From the human T2T-CHM13v2.0 reference genome, Homo sapiens, in the NCBI RefSeq assembly GCF_009914755.1, contig NC_060929.1: a stretch of 64,000 nucleotides of DNA. One strand, 5' to 3'. Below, one piece after another: positions 1 to 10,540 of this stretch. The notes under the pieces are model-generated. The model did no database searches and was not told the DNA's origin. It saw only the letters and a list, made by a program, of their open reading frames with translations. Made by a program: the position numbers and the translations under genes. Position 1 is the stretch's first letter; every line of letters begins with the position of its first letter.

Positions 1-624
1 TCCTTGTGTTGTGTGTATTCAGCTCACAGAGTTGAACCTTCTTTTAGATAGAGCAGATTTGAAAGACACTTTTTGGGGAATTTGCAAGTGGGGATTTCAA
101 GCGCTTTGAGGCCAACGGTAGAAAAGGAAATATCTTCGAATAAAAAGTAGACAGAATCATTCCCAGAAACTGCGTTTTGATGTGTGCGTTCACGTAACAG
201 AGTTTAACCTTCCTTTTCATAGAGCAGTTGGGAAACGCTATGTTTGTAAAGTCTGCAAGTGGATATTGGGAACTCTTTGAGGCCTTCATTGGGAATGGGG
301 TTTCTTCATATAATGCTAGACAGAAGATTTCCCAGTAACTTCTTCCTGTTGTGTGTATTCAACTGACAACAGATGAACCTTCCTTTAGAGAGAGCAGATT
401 TGAAACACTCTTTTTGTGGAAGTTGCAAGTGGAGATTTCAGCCGCTTTAACGTCAATGGTAGAAAAGGAAATATCTTCGCATAAAAACAAGACAGAATCA
501 TTTTCAGAAACTGCTTTGTGATGTGTGCATTCAACTCACAGAGTTTAACCTTTGTTTTCATAGAGCCGTTTGGAAACACACAGTTTGTCAAATCTGTAAG
601 TCGATATTCGGACCTATTTGAGGC

Positions 625-641
625 CTTCGTTGGAAACGGGA
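625..641 (+). other. Intact CENP-B box 1 of the HOR (present in 16-mers, deleted in 14-mers)
   Basis: CTTCGTTGGAAACGGGA matches the established NTTCGNNNNANNCGGGN core. Confidence 0.95.
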
Positions 642-1303
642 TTTCTTCATATAATGCTAGAAAGAAGAATTCTCAGTAACTTCCTTGTGTTCTGTGTAAT
701 CAACTCACAGAATAGAACGTTCCTTTAGATAGAGCAGATTTGAAACACTCTTTTTGTGGAAGTTGCACGTGGAGATTTCAAGCGCTTTGTGGCCAGTGGT
801 AGAAAATGAAATATCTTCGTATAAAAAGTACACAGAATCATTCTCAGAAACTACTTTCTGATGTGTGCGTTCAACTCTCGGAGTTTAAACTTTCTTTTCA
901 TAGAGCAGTTTGGAAACAGTGTGTTTGTAAAGTCTGCAAGTGGATATTCGGACCTCTTTAGCGCCTTATTTTGAAACGGGGTTTCTCCATATAATGCTAG
1001 ACAGAAGAATTCTCAGTAACTTGTTTGTGTTGTGTGTGTTCAACTCACAGAGTTGAACCTTCCTTTAGACAGAGCAGATTTGAAACACTCTTTTTGTGGA
1101 ATTTGCAAGTGGAGATTTCAAGCGCTTTGAGGCCAAAGGCAGAAAAGGAAATATCTTCGTATAAAAACTAGATAGATCATTCTCAGAAACTGCTTTGTGA
1201 TGTGTGCGTTCAACTCACAGAGTTTCACTTATCTTTTCGTACAGCAGTTTGGAGACACTCTGTTTGTAATGTCTGCAAGTGGATATTTTGACCTCTTTGA
1301 GGT

Positions 1304-1320
1304 CTTCGTTGGAAACGGGT
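1304..1320 (+). other. Intact CENP-B box 2 of the HOR (repeated in each copy)
   Basis: CTTCGTTGGAAACGGGT; the TTCG/A/CGGG core is intact. Confidence 0.93.
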
Positions 1321-1983
1321 TTTATTCATGTAAGGCTAGACAGAAGAATTCTCAGTAACTTCTTTGTATTGTGTGTATTCCACTGACAGAGTTGACCCTT
1401 CCTTTAGACAGAGCACATTTGAACCACTCTTTTTGTGGAATTTGCAAGTGGAGATTTCAGACGCATTGAGGTCAATGGTAGAAAAGGAAATATCTTCGTA
1501 TAAAAACTAGACAGAATGATTCTCAGAACCTGCTTCGTCATGTGTGTGTTCAGTTCAAAGAGTTTTACCTTTCTTTTCATAGAGCAGTTAGGAAACACTC
1601 TGTTTGAACAGTCTGAAAGTGGATATTCCGATCTCTTTGAGGCCTTTGTTGGAAAAGGGATTTCTTCATATAATGCTAGACAGAGGAATTCTCAGTAACT
1701 TCTCTGTGTTGTGTGTATTCAAATCACAGAGTTGAACGTTCCTTTAGACAGAGCAGACTTGAAACACTCTTTTTGTGGAATTTGCAATAGGAAATTTCAA
1801 GCGCTTTGAGGCCAAAGGCAGAAGAGGAAATATCTTCGTATAAAAACAAGTCAGAATCATTCTCAGAAACTGCTTAATCATGTGTGCGTTCGACTCACGG
1901 AGTTTAACCTACCTTTTCATACAGCAGTTTGGAAACACTCTGTTTGTAAAGTCTGCACGTGGATATTTGGACATCTTTGAGGC

Positions 1984-2000
1984 CTTCGTTGGAAACGGGT
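1984..2000 (+). other. Intact CENP-B box 3 of the HOR (repeated in each copy)
   Basis: CTTCGTTGGAAACGGGT; the core is intact. Confidence 0.93.
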
Positions 2001-5000
2001 TTTATTCATGTAAGGCTAGACAGAAGATTTCTCAGTAACTTCTTTGTGTTGTGTGTATTCAACTGACAGAGTTGACCCTTCTTTTAGGTAGAGCAGATTT
2101 GAGACACTCTTTTTGTGGAATTTGCAAGTGGAGATTTCAGACGCTTTGAGGTCAATGGTAGAAAAGGACATTTCTTCGTATAAAAACTTGACAGAATGAT
2201 TCTCAGAAACTGCTTTGTGATGTATGCGTTCAATTCAAAGAGTTCTACCTTTCTTTTCATAGAGCACTTAGGAAACACTCTGTTTGTAAAGACTGCAAGT
2301 GGATATTCGGACCTCTATGAGGCCTTCTTTGGAAAAGGGATTTCTTCATATAATGCTAGACAGAGGAATTCTTCGTAACTTCTTTGTATTGTGTGTATAC
2401 AACTCACAGAGTTGAACCTTCTTTTAGATAGAGCAGATTTGAAACACACTTTCTGTGGAATTTCCAATTGGAGATTTCAAGCGCTTCGGGGCCAATGGTA
2501 GAAAAGGAAAAATCTTCACATAAAAACTAGACAAAATCATTCCCAGAAACTGTGTAGTGATGTGTATGTTTAACTCACAGAGTTTATCCTTTCTTTTCAT
2601 AGAGCAGTTGGGAAACACTCTGTTTGAAAAGTCTGCATGTGGATATTTGGACCGCCATGAGGCGTTCTTTGGAAATGGTATTTCTTCATTTAAGGCTACA
2701 CAGAAGAATTCTCAGTAACTTCTTTGTGTTGTGTGTATTCCGCTCACAGAGTTGAACCTTCTTTTAGATAGAGCAGATTTGAAAGACACTTTTTGGGGAA
2801 TTTGCAAGTGGGGATTTCAAGCGCTTTGAGGCCAACGGTAGAAAAGGAAATATCTTCGAATAAAAAGTAGACAGAATCATTCCCAGAAACTGCGTTTTGA
2901 TGTGTGCGTTCACGTAACAGAGTTTAACCTTCCTTTTCATAGAGCAGTTGGGAAACGCTATGTTTGTAAAGTCTGCAAGTGGATATTGGGAACTCTTTGA
3001 GGCCTTCATTGGGAATGGGGTTTCTTCATATAATGCTAGACAGAAGATTTCCCAGTAACTTCTTCCTGTTGTGTGTATTCAACTGACAACAGATGAACCT
3101 TCCTTTAGAGAGAGCAGATTTGAAACACTCTTTTTGTGGAAGTTGCAAGTGGAGATTTCAGCCGCTTTAACGTCAATGGTAGAAAAGGAAATATCTTCGC
3201 ATAAAAACAAGACAGAATCATTTTCAGAAACTGCTTTGTGATGTGTGCATTCAACTCACAGAGTTTAACCTTTGTTTTCATAGAGCCGTTTGGAAACACA
3301 CAGTTTGTCAAATCTGTAAGTCGATATTCGGAACTATTTGAGGCCTTCGTTGGAAACGGGATTTCTTCATATAATGCTAGAAAGAAGAATTCTCAGTAAC
3401 TTCCTTGTGTTGTGTGTAATCAACTCACAGAATAGAACGTTCCTTTAGATAGAGCAGATTTGAAACACTCTTTTTGTGGAAGTTGCACGTGGAGATTTCA
3501 AGCGCTTTGTGGCCAGTGGTAGAAAATGAAATATCTTCGTATAAAAAGTACACAGAATCATTCTCAGAAACTACTTTCTGATGTGTGCGTTCAACTCTCG
3601 GAGTTTAAACTTTCTTTTCATAGAGCAGTTTGGAAACAGTGTGTTTGTAAAGTCTGCAAGTGGATATTCGGACCTCTTTGGCGCCTTAATTTGAAACGGG
3701 GTTTCTCCATATAATGCTAGACAGAAGAATTCTCAGTAACTTGTTTGTGTTGTGTGTGTTCAACTCACAGAGTTGAACCTTCCTTTAGACAGAGCAGATT
3801 TGAAACACTCTTTTTGTGGAATTTGCAAGTGGAGATTTCAAGCGCTTTGAGGCCAAAGGCAGAAAAGGAAATATCTTCGTATAAAAACTAGATAGATCAT
3901 TCTCAGAAACTGCTTTGTGATGTGTGCGTTCAACTCACAGAGTTTCACTTATCTTTTCGTACAGCAGTTTGGAAACACTCTGTTTGTAATGTCTGCAAGT
4001 GGATATTTTGACCTCTTTGAGGTCTTCGTTGGAAACGGGTTTTATTCATGTAAGGCTAGACAGAAGAATTCTCAGTAACTTCTTTGTATTGTGTGTATTC
4101 CACTGACAGAGTTGACCCTTCCTTTAGACAGAGCACATTTGAACCACTCTTTTTGTGGAATTTGCAAGTGGAGATTTCAGACGCATTGAGGTCAATGGTA
4201 GAAAAGGAAATATCTTCGTATAAAAACTAGACAGAATGATTCTCAGAACCTGCTTCGTGATGTGTGTGTTCAGTTCAAAGAGTTTTACCTTTCTTTTCAT
4301 AGAGCAGTTAGGAAACACTCTGTTTGAACAGTCTGAAAGTGGATATTCCGATCTCTTTGAGGCCTTTGTTGGAAAAGGGATTTCTTCATATAATGCTAGA
4401 CAGAGGAATTCTCAGTAACTTCTCTGTGTTGTGTGTATTCAAATCACAGAGTTGAACGTTCCTTTAGACAGAGCAGACTTGAAACACTCTTTTTGTGGAA
4501 TTTGCAATAGGAAATTTCAAGCACTTTGAGGCCAAAGGCAGAAGAGGAAATATCTTCGTATAAAAGCAAGTCAGAATCATTCTCAGAAACTGCTTAATCA
4601 TGTGTGCGTTCGACTCACGGAGTTTAACCTACCTTTTCATACAGCAGTTTGGAAACACTCTGTTTGTAAAGTCTGCACGTGGATATTTGGACATCTTTGA
4701 GGCCTTCGTTGGAAACGGGTTTTATTCATGTAAGGCTAGACAGAAGATTTCTCAGTAACTTCTTTGTGTTGTGTGTATTCAACTGACAGAGTTGACCCTT
4801 CTTTTAGGTAGAGCAGATTTGAGACACTCTTTTTGTGGAATTTGCAAGTGGAGATTTCAGACGCTTTGAGGTCAATGGTAGAAAAGGACATTTCTTCGTA
4901 TAAAAACTTGACAGAATGATTCTCAGAAACTGCTTTGTGATGTATGCGTTCAATTCAAAGAGTTCTACCTTTCTTTTCATAGAGCACTTAGGAAACACTC

Positions 5001-8000
5001 TGTTTGTAAAGACTGCAAGTGGATATTCGGACCTCTATGAGGCCTTCTTTGGAAAAGGGATTTCTTCATATAATGCTAGACAGAGGAATTCTTCGTAACT
5101 TCTTTGTATTGTGTGTATTCAACTCACAGAGTTGAACCTTCTTTTAGATAGAGCAGATTTGAAACACACTTTCTGTGGAATTTCCAATTGGAGATTTCAA
5201 GCGCTTCGGGGCCAATGGTAGAAAAGGAAAAATCTTCACAAAAAAACTAGACAAAATCATTCCCAGAAACTGTGTAGTGATGTGTATGTTTAACTCACAG
5301 AGTTTATCCTTTCTTTTCATAGAGCAGTTGGGAAACACTCTGTTTGAAAAGTCTGCATGTGGATATTTGGACCGCCATGAGGCGTTCTTTGGAAATGGTA
5401 TTTCTTCATTTAAGGCTACACAGAAGAATTCTCAGTAACTTCCTTGTGTTGTGTGTATTCAGCTCACAGAGTTGAACCTTCTTTTAGATAGAGCAGATTT
5501 GAAAGACACTTTTTGGGGAATTTGCAAGTGGGGATTTCAAGCGCTTTGAGGCCAACGGTAGAAAAGGAAATATCTTCGAATAAAAAGTAGACAGAATCAT
5601 TCCCAGAAACTGCGTTTTGATGTGTGCGTTCACCTAACAGAGTTTAACCTTCCTTTTCATAGAGCAGTTGGGAAACGCTATGTTTGTAAAGTCTGCAAGT
5701 GGATATTGGGAACTCTTTGAGGCCTTCATTGGGAATGGGGTTTCTTCATATAATGCTAGACAGAAGATTTCCCAGTAACTTCTTCCTGTTGTGTGTATTC
5801 AACTGACAACAGATGAACCTTCCTTTAGAGAGAGCATATTTGAAACACTCTTTTTGTGGAAGTTGCAAGTGGAGATTTCAGCCGCTTTAACGTCAATGGT
5901 AGAAAAGGAAATATCTTCGCATAAAAACAAGACAGAATCATTTTCAGAAACTGCTTTGTGATGTGTGCATTCAACTCACAGAGTTTAACCTTTGTTTTCA
6001 TAGAGCCGTTTGGAAACACACAGTTTGTCAAATCTGTAAGTCGATATTCGGACCTATTTGAGGCCTTCGTTGGAAACGGGATTTCTTCATATAATGCTAG
6101 AAAGAAGAATTCTCAGTAACTTCCTTGTGTTCTGTGTAATCAACTCACAGAATAGAACGTTCCTTTAGATAGAGCAGATTTGAAACACTCTTTTTGTGGA
6201 AGTTGCACGTGGAGATTTCAAGCGCTTTGTGGCCAGTGGTAGAAAATGAAATATCTTCGTATAAAAAGTACACAGAATCATTCTCAGAAACTACTTTCTG
6301 ATGTGTGCGTTCAACTCTCGGAGTTTAAACTTTCTTTTCATAGAGCAGTTTGGAAACAGTGTGTTTGTAAAGTCTGCAAGTGGATATTCGGACCTCTTTA
6401 GCGCCTTATTTTGAAACGGGGTTTCTCCATATAATGCTAGACAGAAGAATTCTCAGTAACTTGTTTGTGTTGTGTGTGTTCAACTCACAGAGTTGAACCT
6501 TCCTTTAGACAGAGCAGATTTGAAACACTCTTTTTGTGGAATTTGCAAGTGGAGATTTCAAGCGCTTTGAGGCCAAAGGCAGAAAAGGAAATATCTTCGT
6601 ATAAAAACTAGATAGATCATTCTCAGAAACTGCTTTGTGATGTGTGCGTTCAACTCACAGAGTTTCACTTATCTTTTCGTACAGCAGTTTGGAGACACTC
6701 TGTTTGTAATGTCTGCAAGTGGATATTTTGACCTCTTTGAGGTCTTCGTTGGAAACGGGTTTTATTCATGTAAGGCTAGACAGAAGAATTCTCAGTAACT
6801 TCTTTGTATTGTGTGTATTCCACTGACAGAGTTGACCCTTCCTTTAGACAGAGCACATTTGAACCACTCTTTTTGTGGAATTTGCAAGTGGAGATTTCAG
6901 ACGCATTGAGGTCAATGGTAGAAAAGGAAATATCTTCGTATAAAAACTAGACAGAATGATTCTCAGAACCTGCTTCGTGATGTGTGTGTTCAGTTCAAAG
7001 AGTTTTACCTTTCTTTTCATAGAGCAGTTAGGAAACACTCTGTTTGAACAGTCTGAAAGTGGATATTCCGATCTCTTTGAGGCCTTTGTTGGAAAAGGGA
7101 TTTCTTCATATAATGCTAGACAGAGGAATTCTCAGTAACTTCTCTGTGTTGTGTGTATTCAAATCACAGAGTTGAACGTTCCTTTAGACAGAGCAGACTT
7201 GAAACACTCTTTTTGTGGAATTTGCAATAGGAAATTTCAAGCGCTTTGAGGCCAAAGGCAGAAGAGGAAATATCTTCGTATAAAAACAAGTCAGAATCAT
7301 TCTCAGAAACTGCTTAATCATGTGTGCGTTCGACTCACGGAGTTTAACCTACCTTTTCATACAGCAGTTTGGAAACACTCTGTTTGTAAAGTCTGCACGT
7401 GGATATTTGGACATCTTTGAGGCCTTCGTTGGAAACGGGTTTTATTCATGTAAGGCTAGACAGAAGATTTCTCAGTAACTTCTTTGTGTTGTGTGTATTC
7501 AACTGACAGAGTTGACCCTTCTTTTAGGTAGAGCAGATTTGAGACACTCTTTTTGTGGAATTTGCAAGTGGAGATTTCAGACGCTTTGAGGTCAATGGTA
7601 GAAAAGGACATTTCTTCGTATAAAAACTTGACAGAATGATTCTCAGAAACTGCTTTGTGATATATGCGTTCAATTCAAAGAGTTCTACCTTTCTTTTCAT
7701 AGAGCACTTAGGAAACACTCTGTTTGTAAAGACTGCAAGTGGATATTCGGACCTCTATGAGGCCTTCTTTGGAAAAGGGATTTCTTCATATAATGCTAGA
7801 CAGAGGAATTCTTCGTAACTTCTTTGTATTGTGTGTATTCAACTCACAGAGTTGAACCTTCTTTTAGATAGAGCAGATTTGAAACACACTTTCTGTGGAA
7901 TTTCCAATTGGAGATTTCAAGCGCTTCGGGGCCAATGGTAGAAAAGGAAAAATCTTCACAAAAAAACTAGACAAAATCATTCCCAGAAACTGTGTAGTGA

Positions 8001-8160
8001 TGTGTATGTTTAACTCACAGAGTTTATCCTTTCTTTTCATAGAGCAGTTGGGAAACACTCTGTTTGAAAAGTCTGCATGTGGATATTTGGACCGCCATGA
8101 GGCGTTCTTTGGAAATGGTATTTCTTCATTTAAGGCTACACAGAAGAAGTCTCAGTAACT

Positions 8161-10540
8161 TCCTTGTGTTGTGTGTATTCAGCTCACAGAGTTGAACCTT
8201 CTTTTAGATAGAGCAGATTTGAAAGACACTTTTTGGGGAATTTGCAAGTGGGGATTTCAAGCGCTTTGAGGCCAACGGTAGAAAAGGAAATATCTTCGAA
8301 TAAAAAGTAGACAGAATCATTCCCAGAAACTGCGTTTTGATGTGTGCGTTCACCTAACAGAGTTTAACCTTCCTTTTCATAGAGCAGTTGGGAAACGCTA
8401 TGTTTGTAAAGTCTGCAAGTGGATATTGGGAACTCTTTGAGGCCTTCATTGGGAATGGGGTTTCTTCATATAATGCTAGACAGAAGATTTCCCAGTAACT
8501 TCTTCCTGTTGTGTGTATTCAACTGACAACAGATGAACCTTCCTTTCGAGAGAGCAGATTTGAAACACTCTTTTTGTGGAAGTTTCACGTGGAGATTTCA
8601 AGCGCTTTGTGGCCAGTGGTAGAAAATGAAATATCTTCGTATAAAAAGTACACAGAATCATTCTCAGAAACTACTTTCTGATGTGTGCGTTCAACTCTCG
8701 GAGTTTAAACTTTCTTTTCATAAAGCAGTTTGGAAACAGTGTGTTTGTAAAGTCTGCAAGTGGATATTCGGACCTCTTTGGCGCGTTAATTTGAAACGGG
8801 GTTTCTCCCTATAATGCTAGACAGAAGAATTCTCAGTAACTTGTTTGTGTTGTGTGTGTTCAACTCACAGAGTTGAACCTTCCTTTACACAGAGCAGATT
8901 TGAAACACTCTTTTTGTGGAATTTGCAAGTGGAGACTTCAAGCGCTTTGAGGCCAAAGGCAGAAAAGGAAATATCTTCGTATAAAAACTAGATAGATCAT
9001 TCTCAGAAACTGCTTTGTGATGTGTGCGTTCAACTCACAGAGTTTCACTTATCTTTTCGTACAGCAGTTTGCAAACACTCTGTTTGTAATGTCTGCAAGT
9101 GGATATTTTGACCTCTTTGAGGTCTTCGTTGGAAACGGGTTTTATTCATGTAAGGCTAGACAGAAGAATTCTCAGTAACTTCTTTGTATTGTGTGTATTC
9201 CACTGACAGAGTTGACCCTTCCTTTACACAGAGCACATTTGAACCACTCTTTTTGTGGAATTTGCAAGTGGAGATTTCAGACGCATTGAGGTCAATGGTA
9301 GAAAAGGAAATATCTTCGTATAAAAACTAGACAGAATGATTCTCAGAACCTGCTTCGTGATGTGTGTGTTCAGTTCAAACAGTTTTACCTTACTTTTCAT
9401 AGAGCTGTTAGGGAACACTCTGTTTGAACAGTCTGAAAGTGGATATTCCGATCTCTTTGAGGCCTTCGTTGGAAAAGGGATTTCTTCATATAATGCTAGA
9501 CAGAGGAATTCTCAGTAACTTCTCTGTGTTGTGTGTATTCAAATCACAGAGTTGAACGTTCCTTTAGACAGAGCAGACTTGAAACACTCTTTTTGTGGAA
9601 TTTGCAATAGGAAATTTCAAGCGCTTTGAGGCCAAAGGCAGAAGAGGAAATATCTTCGTATAAAAACAAGTCAGAATCATTCTCAGAAACTGCTTAATCA
9701 TGTGTGCGTTCGACTCACGGAGTTTAACCTACCTTTTCATACAGCAGTTTGGAAACACTCTGTTTGTAAAGTCTGCACGTGGATATTTGGACATCTTTGA
9801 GGCCTTCGTTGGAAACGGGTTTTATTCATGTAAGGCTAGACAGAAGATTTCTCAGTAACTTCTTTCTGTTGTGTGTATTCAACTGACAGAGTTGACCCTT
9901 CTTTTAGGTAGAGCAGATTTCAAACACTCTTTTTGTGGAATTTGCAAGTGGAGATTTCAGACGCTTTGAGGTCAATGGTAGAAAAGGACATTTCTTCGTA
10001 TAAAAACTTGACAGAATGATTCTCAGAAACTGCTTTGTGATGTATGCGTTCAATTCAAAGAGTTCTACCTTTCTTTTCATAGAGCACTTAGGAAACACTC
10101 TGTTTGTAAAGACTGCAAGTGGATATTCGGACCTCTATGAGGCCTTCTTTGGAAAAGGGATTTCTTCATATAATGCTAGACAGAGGAATTCTTCGTAACT
10201 TCTTTGTATTGTGTGTATTCAACTCACAGAGTTGAACCTTCTTTTAGATAGAGCAGATTTGAAACACACTTTCTGTGGAATTTCCAATTGGAGATTTCAA
10301 GCGCTTCGGGGCCAATGGTAGAAAAGGAAAAATCTTCACATAAAAACTAGACAAAATCATTCCCAGAAACTGTGTAGTGATGTGTATGTTTAACTCACAG
10401 AGTTTATCCTTTCTTTTCATAGAGCAGTTGGGAAACACTCTGTTTGAAAAGTCTGCATGTGGATATTTGGACCGCCATGAGGCGTTCTTTGGAAATGGTA
10501 TTTCTTCATTTAAGGCTACACAGAAGAATTCTCAGTAACT
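8161..10540 (+). repeat. 14-mer HOR variant U4 (2380 bp; 340 bp dimer deleted)
   Basis: AACTGACAACAGATGAACC (dimer 2 start) is joined directly to CACGTGG...GTGGCCAGTGG (dimer 3 body) near 8550-8587. The unit spacing is 2380. Confidence 0.95.

Larger units (their letters stand above)
284..2680 (+). other. Five degenerate CENP-B box positions per HOR (284, 965, 1644, 2324, 2664)
   Basis: CTTCATTGGGAATGGGG, CTTATTTTGAAACGGGG, CTTTGTTGGAAAAGGGA, CTTCTTTGGAAAAGGGA and GTTCTTTGGAAATGGTA sit at the homologous position, but each breaks the TTCG and/or CGGG core. Confidence 0.9.
1..2720 (+). repeat. Reference 16-mer HOR copy U1 (8 dimers; phase arbitrary, set by the window start)
   Basis: The start motif TC(C/T)TTGTGTTGTGTGTATTC(A/C)GCTCACAGAG recurs at 1, 2721, 5441, 8161, 10541, 13261, 15981, 18361, 21080, 23800, 26520, 29240, 31960, 34680, 37400, 40120, 42840, 45560, 47940, 50320, 53040, 55760, 58480, 61200 and 63920, with occasional single substitutions. 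Confidence 0.95.

Noticed and set aside
361-380. Odd monomer segment AACTGACAACAGATGAACC (+1 bp), offset by a -1 bp change at GATAGATCAT (about 1171-1180)
   Set aside because: These are fixed monomer-specific differences present in all copies, i.e. ordinary HOR divergence. There is no evidence that the length compensation is functional.
308-771. TATAAT and CACGTG motifs resembling a -10 box or E-box
   Set aside because: These short motifs are intrinsic to the satellite sequence, with no independent evidence of promoter function.
1-2720. Assignment to the known 16-mers D17Z1, D20Z2 or D7Z2 on length alone
   Set aside because: The monomers look like SF1 dimers, whereas from memory those arrays belong to other suprachromosomal families. 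Length alone is insufficient.
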